Source of the DNA: Stegostoma tigrinum | Taxonomy: Eukaryota | Assembly: GCF_030684315.1 (NCBI RefSeq) | Contig: NC_081386.1 | Location: forward strand, 17,369,914-17,433,913 | Direction of reading: 5' to 3' | Length of the DNA: 64,000 bases | Shown here: piece by piece, positions 49,640-61,521 of the stretch | Position numbering within the stretch: position 1 is the first letter of the stretch | How the letters are laid out: every line of letters starts with the position of its first letter | Position numbers and translations under genes: made by a program | Notes under the pieces: model-generated | What the model saw: only the letters and a program-made list of their open reading frames with translations | The model's database searches: none | Told to the model about the DNA's origin: nothing

Positions 49640-50880
49640 TCAGTGAAGTGTTGCTTTTCTGCGGTCATTTCTGGGGATAGGCTGTCCACCAATTTCCATT
49701 ACAAGCGCACAAACTCCCATAGCTACTTCAACTACGCTTCCTCACACTCTACTTCCTTCAAGTATTCCTTTCTTCCAGTATCTCAGTCTGTTACACTGGT
49801 TCCGACTGATACCACCATCCACCACGATTCCTCAACCATGATGAGTGCTCCCACTATTTTTTGCCTTCAGCACAGACTTCCAAAGTTCACGTGCAGTGGT
49901 GGCTTCTGTAATTTCAAGTCAATGCTCGAAGTGGCAGTGGCACATCAAGCACCACATCTGAATGCTCAGTGAAATTACACACATGCGCAGCCTAGCACAG
50001 TGGTTGGGCAAATCCCCCCTTTTACCTTAAATGAGAATTCCCTCCATTACTGTGGTCACAGTCCTCAGCCACATCCAACCCACTTCCTACACTCTGCTCT
50101 CACCCCTTCCATCCATTTGCAAAACAACGAAAGTGTTATGTATGTCCTGATTTTCTACCTCACTAGCTTCTGCATTCAAAGGATCCTACCACCGAACACC
50201 TCTTCCCCGCAAATTGCAACATTCACAGGGACCATACCTTCCATGGCACCCTGGTCTACTCCTCCACAACACTTCACATTTCCTCATTTCTCCATGGCAC
50301 TATCTCATGCATTTGCTACAGGCGCTCATTTACCTTCACTTTCATCACTGTCCAAGGTCAGAAACACATCTTCCAGCAAAACAGCCTTTTACTTGAGCTT
50401 GCTTCAGTCCGGTCAATTGTATTCACTTCTCACAATGCAGTCGCCTTTACATTAGCAAGATCAAACTCAGACTGGGTGACTGCTTTGTGGAATACTGTCA
50501 CTCTTCACAGGAATGACCCCAACCTTCCAGTCGCATGCCATTTCAAAAACCATCTAACAAACGTGCAAATAGTCGTTAGCGTCTGCTGCAACGTTCCAAC
50601 AAAACACAACGCAAACTCAAGGAACACCACCTAATTTTTCATTTTGCACTTTCCAATCTACAAGATGTAACACTGAACTCCACAACCTCTGACTTAATGA
50701 TATTTGATGGACTTGTCTTGGTTGTGGCTCTTCCTCCTGCTTTGTCTGTCAAAAGCAAGAAAACATTTTCCAACCCCTTTCGGTTCTGAAGAGTCATAGT
50801 GGGACTGAAAACATTAACTCTCTCTCCACACAGATGCTCAAAGACATGTTAAGTTTATCTAATATTTTGTGTTTGTTACA
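49640..50880 (+). mobile_element. Old degenerate Penelope-like element
   Basis: Remnants of ..HYKRTNSHSYFNYASSH.., a GIY-YIG-like segment near 50420-50500, and the family tail at 50785-50880. Confidence 0.75.
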
Positions 50881-51076
50881 GAAACGGCCTGATACTTAAC
50901 TCAGAGTACAATACATTAAGGATAAACTGGGAAAAAATGATAAACTATAATCAGCAAAAGCTTAATCTCCATTTAGAAATGGAGGATTAAATTTTATTGG
51001 GAGCAGTCATTATGTGCATTAATCCAAAGAGCTTACTAAAGTTTATTCATTGAAAAGTTGGCAATCACAAACATAC

Positions 51077-51201
51077 CTGTTATCTACATCAGGTGGGCGT
51101 TTTAAAGAATTTCTTCTTTCTTGTTCATAGCGGAGCTGTTCTTGTTGCCGACGAAGCTCTTCACGTTCACGGGCAATGCGCTCTATTTCTTTACGGCGTT
51201 C
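51077..51201 (-). CDS. SLTM: SLTM coding exon
   Basis: tttAG|GAA, encodes [41 protein letters not shown], donor AG|GTATGT; 125 bp. Confidence 0.96.
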
Positions 51202-51844
51202 CTAAAGCATTAAATCAATACAAGTGTCAGAGTTTTTGAAGTATGGCTTGTTTTTAATAAATCACTACCCTCTTCCAGCCCTGATCCCTCGGACAGGCAG
51301 AAACAGGAAAGATCACTTACAGGAGACATATTGCAAGACACAGGAACTACCCCTTTCTCCAACAAGGAACATTTACTCTAGTGCAGTTACAACTCTCAAA
51401 TGAATTTAGGACTAAGGAAACATAATTCTGAAATATGAAGTGTTTCTCTTTCCAGGGATGACTGAGCTGAAGTGTACTTTCAGCATTTTGTTTTCAATTT
51501 TTCGGCATCTGCCATATTTCATTTTATAACTACCTAACTGTTGCCGAAATAATCACCCATCAGTTTAGTTACCATTTCAAAGTTATAATGATCAGTTTCA
51601 ATACATTAAATCATACTCCAACGAAGAGTCTCAGGAATCAATAGAAAACAAAACTTTACCTGAAAAACAGCACCATGAAAATTGCGAAAATCAGTTTCCA
51701 CTACGAAAAAAAATCACTATTTACAAATAACCCAAGTTCTGGCTGATTTATTTATTCAAATGATGGGACCTCTGACAATCACTTTTACTCTCCACTTAGG
51801 ATAAATAAAATTAAGATCCTTCTAGTACTGATTCAGTAAAGAAC

Positions 51845-52160
51845 ATAGAATCCCTACAGTGCAGAATCAGGCTATATGGCCCATCATGTTTACACCAACC
51901 CTGTCCTCGTAACCTTGCATTCCTATAGCTAATCCAGCTAGCCTCAAGGTCCCTTGACACTACAAGCAATTTAGCATGACCAATCCACCTAACTTGCACA
52001 TCTTTGGACTGTGGGGGGAAAACTGGAGCACATGGCTGAATCGCATGCAAACATGGGGAGAACATGCAAACTCCACACAGACAGTCACCCAAGAGTGGAA
52101 TCAAACCTGAATCCCTGGAACTATGAGGCAGCAATGGAAACCACTGATTCACCATGCCGT
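51845..52160 (-). mobile_element. HE1-type SINE
   Basis: Reverse-complement match to the other HE1-like copies. Confidence 0.88.
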
Positions 52161-53547
52161 TTTGTCAAGACTGGCATGCTGTATTTGAGATCAGCATGAC
52201 CAACATATCTCCAGCAGACATCACTTAAAAACTTTTATATCTTAATTTTGCCATTATAAGGAAGTGCCAACTCAAAACCAAGCATTATTGGCCGTGTTAG
52301 TAAGCAAACAGATTTCTTACAGAAGTGCATAAAGCTGTCACACTCAGAAGCAGGTGTCATGGTCCCAGAGCAGACAGCCAAAATTATATTATTATCTGGC
52401 TCGGGACCAAGAACCTTTTTTCCCTTTGAGTAGACGAAGTGAAAAATCCAGCAAATTTACAAAGAAAAGCGTAAACCTCCACGGTTTTGAACATACATTC
52501 TCCGACTTTACATCAGAACAGTAATCCTTATGGCTATCAGGCTGCAAACATGCCACAGCATACATCAAAAAACAAATACACTCAAAACATATTTCACAGC
52601 AACTCCCCTCCAAGACATAGTGAGTCATTAAATCTCATTAAACTTCACAAGGGATCACAATTCTTCCCTTTCGCCAATCAGGCCTTGAAACTCAAATTGA
52701 TCCATTATGCCTTAACACTGGCTCCTGTTCAGGTCGATCCCCAATAACGCCTGCTACCAACTCCAGAAAGTATGCTCCAGTCATTACTCGCTGCACAACT
52801 CCACCTTTTCACTGAGAGCTACCTTGACCAAGTCAGCACAGTTCCTGGATATTCACCAAGCTCTCATCTTGGTCAGCTGCATCCAACAAATATTGCTTGT
52901 GAGCATTTCGACATCCCCTCTCAACTATACTAAACGCTCATGGCACATGGGTTCCTTTGAGCCCCAACTTCCCTAAAGTTTGACTATACGGCTTTTAAAT
53001 TGCTCGAGGACTTCTAAGCTATCACTACACAAAGCCCACATTGTTCAGCTGCTGCTGGCAATACCAAACATGGAATGGTCTTTTGTTCTAGTCTCCTTCT
53101 CCAGCAACCTGCAGCCTATGAATTCCTCTTCCCTAAGTCCCAAACTGTTTTGAATGACCTGTCGCAAAGCGTGCAATGAGACCCTGCCCGTTCGCTGAGC
53201 AGAATTAAAAATAGTGCCACTTAGTAGTTCTTGATTCCATATATATTACCAGTCGAACTGCTAGCTTTTTCAGGATATAAGAGGATTTCTTCAGACGAAG
53301 TTTAGTATCGCCAACTTCTCTTTGGAAGAATAATTTTGGTCATGGAAGAACTTAGTCCATGATGCTGGAGAACCATCTTTTCATACCCTACAAGAACCAA
53401 CACCGTTCATATCCACTGGCCGTGGTACTTTGTCTTTATGAAAATACACTCTTAGTTGGAATTAACAAAGTGTGATTAAGAGGTAATGTGTATAGAACAA
53501 AATGTTTTGAAATGCTGAATCTGCACTGAGAAGCTTAACTGGAGTAC

Positions 53548-53728
53548 CTGTTCAATACGTATGCGTTCCCTTTCCAGTCGTTCCCGTTCCATTCTCTCTC
53601 TCTCAAGTTTTTGTTTTTCAATCTCCAACCGTTCTCTTTCTCTTTGCAAGCGATCACGTTCTTCACGTTCACGTATCATGCGAATGCGTTCCCGCTCGCG
53701 ACGCTGCCTCTCAGCTATTTCACGACGC
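53548..53728 (-). CDS. SLTM: SLTM coding exon (R/E-rich coiled coil)
   Basis: actAG|G, encodes RREIAERQRRERERIRMIREREERDRLQRERERLEIEKQKLERERMERERLERERIRIEQ, donor CAG|GTACTC; 181 bp. Confidence 0.96.
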
Positions 53729-54529
53729 CTAGTTAAAGAGAGTTTTAAAAATGCATAGTGTGTACAGCAGGAATGCTAAGCGGAGTCAAATGGTGAGTTC
53801 TGAAGGGTACAGCGTCCAAAGTACTCTGCTAACATCCTATAGTCTGGTAACTGTTGGTTTATGTACCATTGGTGAGAATTTCTCATTTTGAGTTAAATGA
53901 GAAAAGGAAAAGTACAAATAAATCTGTGCAGCTAACTCTCAAATTCAATCACAAATACAGAACTAGGTGACACTGTTTAACCATTTAGGGTTGTGCTTTT
54001 AGGCCAGAGGCTAACACAAATATTCTCAGACCTAGAGAGACTTTGGACATCTGCAAGGTGTCAGAATATTTTTAAGGTGAAGGTAGATAAGATCCTTGTT
54101 AAGCAAGAGAATCAAAAAGGTTATTGGAGTAGATAGAAATGTGGAATTGTAGACAAACAGTTCAACCATGATATGGTAAATGGTGAGCAGGCTTGCACAG
54201 TAAATGGCCTAGTCTAGGTTCTAATACACAAACTCTCAACCAAAATTAGGAGACAGAAATGCCCTATAATCTTAGTGTCGGATTAGAGGTTTAAGAGATT
54301 TGCATTTACATTACACATTTCATGACAGGCAGATCCAAAAAAGTTTTGGGAAAAAATAGCCCAAGTTTCTTTTGTCATGAAGTCAACACGAAAGTTCCAT
54401 AAGCACGGCAGCTGATTTGTGCATAGCAAGCTTCACCAACAATACTATGATAATTAACAGATTAACCGATTGAGTGCTCTTCGCTAAGGAATCACATCTT
54501 GGCTGGAATACCCACATCTGTTAGAAGTA

Positions 54530-54660
54530 GTTTTCCAGAAGGTTCACTGAACCCAAAACATTAACTGTTTTCTCCTTCACAGCTGCTGGTAGATCTGCTG
54601 AGCTTTTCCAGCAACTTGTTTTTGTTCCTGATTTACAGCACCCACAATTCTTTTGCTTTT
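54530..54660 (+). mobile_element. Penelope-type 3' tail
   Basis: Reverse-complement match to 55745-55845. Confidence 0.75.
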
Positions 54661-54721
54661 TATTAAGACGTGAATTCACATTTTCCAGTAAAATCAATGT
54701 AAATACTGCAGTCAGGATCTG

Positions 54722-54972
54722 CAGAGTCAACCACATTACTGTGGGTCTGGAGTCACATATACACCAACGAGGTAAGGATGGTAGTTTCCTTCCTTAAAAG
54801 GACAATCATGAACCAAATAAGTTTTTCCCAACAATTGGCAACGGATTCACAGTCATCGTTAAGATTCTTAATTCCAGATTATTTTATTGAATTAAAATTC
54901 TACCACCTGCCACAGTGGGTTTGAACTTGGGTGTCTAGATTAACATGCCAGCAATAATATAACCTCGCCTCC
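54722..54972 (-). mobile_element. tRNA-derived SINE (SacSINE1-like family), partial
   Basis: agagtcaaccacatt.ctgtgggtctggagtcacat block shared with 27.8 and 57.1 kb. Confidence 0.8.
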
Positions 54973-55741
54973 ACTTACAACAAAATAAGTTAAAACAAAG
55001 TTAGATATAAAAACATACGGCGACTTTCTTGTCAATTGCACTTTGCTGCTGATCCTGTTTTGCAAACTTCACACTTGTCACACATCTTGTTTTCTAATCA
55101 TCCTGGTTATGACAGACCATTCCTTCTGCTAACTCTCTAACTTGCAGCTTCTTCCAGAACCATCTCTTCAATGATTACTTCTGCACCTATTTATTGGGAA
55201 TAATACCTCAGGTGTGGGTCGGGGGGGGGGGGGGGGGGGAATGCTATGGAAATAATTTAAACATGAAACTATAAATACCCCCACACAGGATTTATGTATT
55301 CATGGCAGCCACGTTTTACCAATCGTGCAGCTCAAGTTTTGGGTCTGGAGCTTGAACAGGAACACTGGTCCAGGTGAGCAAAGCAGTGAGATACAAGTTT
55401 CAGGGACTGGAAGTTAGCCAAGAGATAAATTGTGGGAATGAGGAGTCAGGGAGCAGCCACTTGAAAATAGTGCCCATCAGATCACATGGTCCAAGTCAAA
55501 CCAATGGGAAAACTAAAGCTTTTGAGAAGATTTGTAGCTCAGATGTTGACGAGGTTGTAAACTTGCTCACTGAGCTGGTATGTTTGATTGCAGATGTTTT
55601 GTCACCCTGCTAGGCAACAAAGTAGAAAACTACTTTGAAATGAAGCTTGCAGGGCTAAATCAGAGTGCAGGCCCTATTCTCAGACTAATATTCAAGTTAA
55701 CACAAAATGGAGTAACACTAAAACAGGACTTTGAAATTCAG

Positions 55742-56227
55742 GATCAAAACAAGTTGCTGGAAAAGCTCAGCAGGTCTGGCAGCATCCGAGAAGGAAATTA
55801 AAAATCAGAGGAGTTAATGTTTTGGGTCCAGTGACCCTTCCTCAGAACCAACGGTAGCTGGGAAACTGCTGGTTTATATGCAGAAAATACAGAGAGAATG
55901 GGGTAGGGAGTAAACTATGGAATAAAGGATAGAGCCCAAAGAGAGAGAAGAGCAGTTGGACAGACAAAGCAGTCAATAATGATCTGGCTAGGAGGTTTAA
56001 ATGCTGCTTTGTTACCAATTCCTTTGTCTATTCAGCTGCTCTTCTCTCTCTTTGGGCTCTGTCCTTCATCCCATCATTTACTCCCTAACCCAGCCCCCCT
56101 CCCTATTTTCTGGAAGTAAGCCAATATTTTTCCAGCTATCATCAGTTCTGGGAAAGGGTCACCAGAACCAAAACACTAATTGATTTTTTTTCTTTACAGA
56201 TCTGCATCTGCAGTTCTTTGGGTTTTT
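55742..56227. mobile_element. Head-to-head inverted Penelope-tail element with 14-bp TSD
   Basis: Flanked by ACTTTGAAATTCAG at 55728-55741 and 56228-56241. The two halves are reverse complements, e.g. agagcccaaagagagagaagagcag / ctgctcttctctctctttgggctct. Confidence 0.88.
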
Positions 56228-57024
56228 ACTTTGAAATTCAGCTTAGACAGTTGTACACACTCGAGTCCCAAAGGGAGATGATGCAACTGCAAGTTTGAGA
56301 GTCTTTTAAACAAAATAATGTTAAAGGCAAAAATGCCAAAGTTTCAGAAGACCAGAAGGCTGATCTCTCAGAGGACAAGCTTAACTTGAAGGTCATTGCT
56401 CAGGCAAGGAAAGAGGTTTAGAAGGTAGGACCTTCACCAGAGACCTCAGCTAGTCCAGGAATTGAATCTTTGGTTTTGGTGTCACTCTGTACTGAAAATC
56501 AGCCATCCAGCCAACTGAGTTAACCAACTCCCCTCAAACTTAATTGTAATCTATTTCAAACATAACAATTTCCACATATACAATGACAAAAGCCCCATCA
56601 CCTCAAACTCAGTCCCTCAATATCAAACTAGCAGTCGGAGAGTCAAGTATTGAAGGTGCAGATATTTTCTTCAAAATAAATACTGGGAAAACTGAAGCCA
56701 CGGTCTACTTTCAAATCCCTTTATGCCACGCCAGTTCCAAGGTTTTCATGCTCTTCAAATTCTGGCCTCGAGCATCTTTGATTTTAACTGTTCAAGGACT
56801 GGTGGCCACACTTTCAGATGTTAAGGGTGAAGCTCTGGAGTTCCTGCTTCTTCCCTACCTTGCTCTTGTTCTTCATTGTGTAGCTTAAAACGTACCTCCT
56901 TGCCCGGAGATTTGGTCATCAGGCCCCATATCTGGTATCAAAATTGTTTAATAGTGCAGCAAAGCATCTTGCTGCATTATTATCTTCATGGTATTTCATA
57001 AATATCAAGTTGATTTCTCCTAAT

Positions 57025-57372
57025 TTATTTTATTATTCATTCACCCGATGAGGGTACTGCTGGCTAAGCAGCATTTATTGTCCTCCCCTAGAGGGCAATT
57101 AAGAGTCAACCACATTGCTGTGGGTCTGGAGTGACATATAGGCAGGCCACCTAAGTATGGCAGTTTCCTTCCCAAAAGGACATCTGTGAACAAGGGGCGT
57201 TTTTCTGACAATCAACATTGGGTTCATGATCATCATTACATTGTTAATTCAATATTTATTGAATTCAAATTCCACCAAATGCCGTGGCAGGATTCAAAGT
57301 GAGTTCCCAGAACATTATCTGGGTCTCTGGATTAACAGTCCAACGATAATACCATGAGGCCATCGCCTCACC
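57025..57372 (-). mobile_element. tRNA-derived SINE (SacSINE1-like family), near full length
   Basis: Minus-strand tRNA-like head (gaggcgatggcctcatggtattatcgttggactgttaatcc) and A-rich tail. Confidence 0.82.
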
Positions 57373-58294
57373 CGAATACACAGTGGCAGCTTCAATTTCC
57401 ACATTAATTTATGCTCAGTTTCTAAAGCTCTTATTATGGCTTCTTTTGGAAAGTTTGTTGAAGTAACATTATAAATGAAATGGTCTCAGCCAGTCAACAC
57501 AATTCTTTCTGTTAATTTCCAATGATTAAGTTGTGCTCAACATCCCTGCTGGTGAATAAAGCTTAGCAGTTTTAGAGAACACAGAAGTGAGGGGACATAC
57601 AGAGAACAGGTCTACTAACTGATGCTTTGAAGCCAGTAAAGGTCTGAGCACAAAATCGCAACAAAAACTTGGCCCTCCCTTCTAAACTCTGACATACTGA
57701 TCCAAAAAGACAAGCTTTCACATCAAGTACGAAAAGGACATTTTCACCAGTTATTACATAGACAGTCTGAAGTTATCAAGAAAACTGAAAAGTTTGCTCT
57801 GACCAGGCCTGACGTGAAATTTGACAGCAATAATGATCAAGAATGTGAACTCTGCTCATTGAAGCTGGGGGCACATCCAACAGTTCATAGGTTAGAAATG
57901 GGTGTCCCTCCGACTACCACAATTTGGTCAAGGAAATACTAAGCCATTAAAGGTTTTATTTGACCTGTGCTTCAAGGAGTCGGATTATCTTGTGAAACCT
58001 AATTTAAAGACAGACCTCGGGTCTTCCAATTAATACCACTCAAAAGCCACTATCGCTGGAAATAGAACAAAACTGCAGCTGCCAATAGCAAGGTAAATAA
58101 AAGCTGCACAGTCATGATTATGCAAGGTGCTTGTAAACTGCATTCCATAGAAGGTGGCTATCGGCTGTCTGATTTCTTTTCAGTCAGCGTCATGTTCAGG
58201 GACACCTATCTTACCACAAAGAATCCTGGAACTATCCCAAGACCAAAATTCCACAAATAGCTGAAATTTCCCACCCCGAGCAAGGTTTGCATTT

Positions 58295-58775
58295 ACATAC
58301 AACATAGAAAAATACAGCACAGTACAGGCCCTTCAGCCCACGATGTTGAGCCGTGGAATAATCCTCATCCAAAATTAAAATAACCTAATCTACATTTCCC
58401 ACAATTCAGTGCTGTCCACGTGCATGTCCAGCAGTCGCTTAAATGTCACTAATGACTCTGCTTCCACGACTACCATTGGTAAACTATTCCACGCGCTCAC
58501 AACTCTCTGGGTGAAGAACTTCCCTCTGACGTCTCCTCTGTACCTTCCTCCTAAACCTTAAAACTATGACCCCTCGCGGCAGTCAATCCTGCCCTGGGGA
58601 GAAGTCTCTAGCTATCGACTCTTTCCATGCCTCTCATTACCTTGTACACCTCGATCAGGTCACCTCTCTTCCTCCTTTTCTCCAGAGAGAAAAGTCCGAG
58701 CTCAGTCAACCTCTCCTGTAAGACAAGCTCTCCAGTCCAGGCAGCATCCTGGTAAACCTCCTTTGCACCCTCTCC
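58295..58775 (-). mobile_element. CR1/HER1-type LINE 3' fragment
   Basis: CR1 ORF2 C-terminal motifs on minus ([11 protein letters not shown]) and tail; retains many CpGs. Confidence 0.85.
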
Positions 58776-59321
58776 AATTTGTTGCTATTTCTAGAGGAGG
58801 GTGATGGTGAGCGACCCTAGTAAGTTGATATCCATTTGACCTTTGTCAACATTTAAAATACAAAGTGGCAACAGGTGAATCTAACCTCAAAATCCACAAG
58901 GAAAATAAACTCTCAGGGCAACAAGAAAAAGTGCCCCTGTGTTAGCAAAGGAAGTTTTATAAATTGCTACAGTGCATCCTTCAGATGGTAGACACTTCCG
59001 TCAGTATGTAATGGTGAAAAAGCAAGTTGACATTTAAAGTGATGATCGAGCAGACATCCCTGGTCCTTCACTGTACTCAGCTGAGTCTTCACAGAGCACT
59101 TCTGTACTCATCCAGGCAACTGCAAAGTATTACAACATTGATATGTGTTAGCAGAAAGACTACGGGCAGAATTTCAATGGAGATTTAGTCCCATATTTTC
59201 CTCAGCAAGGTTCAAACTCCAACTCTCCGTTCTATCACACAACTATGATTAGATTCAGATTGCTCAGGTTATCTGATAATATTAATTACCATATTTTCCA
59301 TGAATTGGAAGCTCCACATAC

Positions 59322-59476
59322 CTCCTTAATTCTATTGCACGTCGTATGCGTTCCAATCTGATCAAACGCTCACGAATCTTTTGCTGTTTTATTTTTTCAA
59401 ATGGTAAAATATCCTTTCTGTCTCTGGAGCTTGGTTTGCATGGGATGTGTCTCTCTTTACTTCTTGAAATGGAAGT
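59322..59476 (-). CDS. SLTM: SLTM coding exon
   Basis: gtAG|ACT, encodes TSISRSKERH...KDILPFEKIKQQKIRERLIRLERIRRAIELR, donor AG|GTATGT; 155 bp. Confidence 0.92.
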
Positions 59477-60580
59477 CTACGTTTTGTTTAAAGAAAAAAA
59501 TCTAAATCAGTATCAGTTTAAGATATTTTGTCACAGTTTTCTTTATGTCCTCCCATTTGATATCAAGTCTACATAGACACGTGCGTCATTTAGCTAATGT
59601 TGCTGTTTTGGTAGCATATCCCAGGGAAATGACTATATCTCATGTTCTTATCCTGACACATCGGACAAATTAGCCAAGGTACAAAATACAGCTAAACTAT
59701 GGATTGAAGTGCCTTCCAACCTGCTCAATACTAAATTGAACAGTTTTCGAAAAATCGCATCTTCACACTTGTAGCTAAAAATTCAGAATAACCTTGCTCA
59801 GAAAGCCAAGCAAAAGTGAATTGTTGGATCAGTAGTTAAACACCATGTGTGCTAAGAGATGTCTTGGTATTATATTTTCCTCCACCTGTTTTTCTTCATA
59901 TCTTTGACGCAGTGCAGGCCAAGTGCCTGCTAAAATAGTGAACAACATAAAACTCCTTTGCCAATGAAAGGCTGCCTCATTTCTATTCAACTTTTCTTCC
60001 TTCATCCAAAATAGTCTGGCAAAGATACAGAATTAAACATATCCAAAATTACAAGCTTTCAGCTTGGCTGTCATGATCAAACTCCAGAGAAAAACTATAG
60101 CTTAATGGAACTAGACATCCAAACTGACTTAGATCCACACAAAAATTGAAACCAGTCCAATATTTATAGAAATAAGAGTTTCATTCCAAGATTGGAGTCT
60201 GGTCATTCTACATGATCAGATACAATTTTACAGGTCATAAAAGCAGAAACAAAATTTTCACTTGAAGTTTCAGCATTTCCACAGTTAACTTCTAACCAAA
60301 ATTAATAACTTGCTTAGAATTCTTATGGGGAAGAAATCTTTCCCATTAATCTTAAAATATGGCATTCCTTTAAATTTAACATTTTAATGTTTGATATTCA
60401 TAGATTGGCTCGCACCTGAAATTAACCTCAAGAGGTTTGTGTTATCACTTAAAATAAAAAGGACAGATGCAAGAGGTGGACAGAGGCAACAAACCCTTCA
60501 AGAGTGCAGGCAGTCTGTAACAAATGGAACTCAGATGATTAACATTATATACTGGTTATCCTTTTTCAACAATTCTTCAC

Positions 60581-60675
60581 CTGCTCACTCTTGCCTTTCT
60601 TTGCAGTTTTCACACTAACGACAGGTTCACCTTTAGTTTTGTCAATAACCACCATCCGATGAGAACTCTTCACAC
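60581..60675 (-). CDS. SLTM: SLTM coding exon
   Basis: gatAG|GT, encodes (S)VKSSHRMVVIDKTKGEPVVSVKTAKKGKSEQ, donor CAG|GTGAAG; 95 bp. Confidence 0.88.
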
Positions 60676-60869
60676 CTATCAAGTCAATCATAGAAGGTTA
60701 ATGGTGTTAGGCATGTAATTACTTCTGGGAACATAACTTCTTTTTGAAGTACCTTGCGAATGAACAAGTTCACATTAAAATCTGTGTACATCTTGATTTT
60801 CACCCGAATTTAACAATCTCCGTCTCAAATCCTTTTTTAAAAAATGGCACGTCACAGGGAAATACATAC

Positions 60870-61045
60870 TTCTTCGCCTCTTCTCCTCTACTTTTTTCGA
60901 ATGGTCATGACTAGCGCTTGCTGCGCTTTCCTTGTCATCCTTTTTATTCTCTGATTTCTTTGAAGAACTTGACCCATCTTTGCTTTCTTTTCTCTCTCCA
61001 GGTTTTTCTGTTTTCTTATCCTCTTTTTTGGAAGATACTTGGGTC
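60870..61045 (-). CDS. SLTM: SLTM coding exon (most 5' one in window; gene continues beyond 64000)
   Basis: Minus strand taaAG|G, encodes TQVSSKKEDKKTEKPGERKESKDG...SKKVEEKRR, donor A|GTATGT. Phases fit the next exon. Confidence 0.85.
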
Positions 61046-61151
61046 CTTTATATTCAGAATGAGAAAATTGAAACATCTGGCATTAATGAGTTGATTAACG
61101 TTAGTGTCCCCAGCAGGGCGTATGTCCTCTTGTGGAACAGTGGTAGTATCC

Positions 61152-61521
61152 AGATAGAAGTTTATAAAATCATGAGGGGGGCATGGATAGGGTGAATAGA
61201 CAACATCTTTTCCCCAGGGGTAGGGGACTCCAATACTAGAGGGCAGAGGTTGAAAATGATGGAGAAAGATTTAAAAGGGGCCGAAAGGGCAACATGTTCA
61301 TGCAGAAGGTGGTGCGTGTATGGAATGAACTGAGGAAGTGGAAGAGGCTCGTACAATTACAACATTTAAAAAGGCACCTGAATGGGTACATGAATAGGAA
61401 GGGTTAAAAGAAATATGGGCCAAATGCTGGCAAATAAGCCTAGATTAATTTAGGATATATGCTCAGCATGATTGTGTTGAACCAAAAGAGTCTGTTTCTG
61501 AGCTGTATTTCTCTATGACTC
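61152..61521 (+). mobile_element. CR1-type 3' fragment nested in a tRNA-like SINE
   Basis: IEVYKIMRG.. frame, ctctatgactct tail, TATCC on both sides. Host halves rejoin as tggtagtatcc|ctacccctggactaggaggcccaggtttaagt. Confidence 0.8.

Noticed and set aside
55220-55238. Poly-G run (also poly-G near 45015, poly-C/CCA near 19642, TG repeat near 28695)
   Set aside because: Ordinary homopolymers and microsatellites; lengths may be error-prone.
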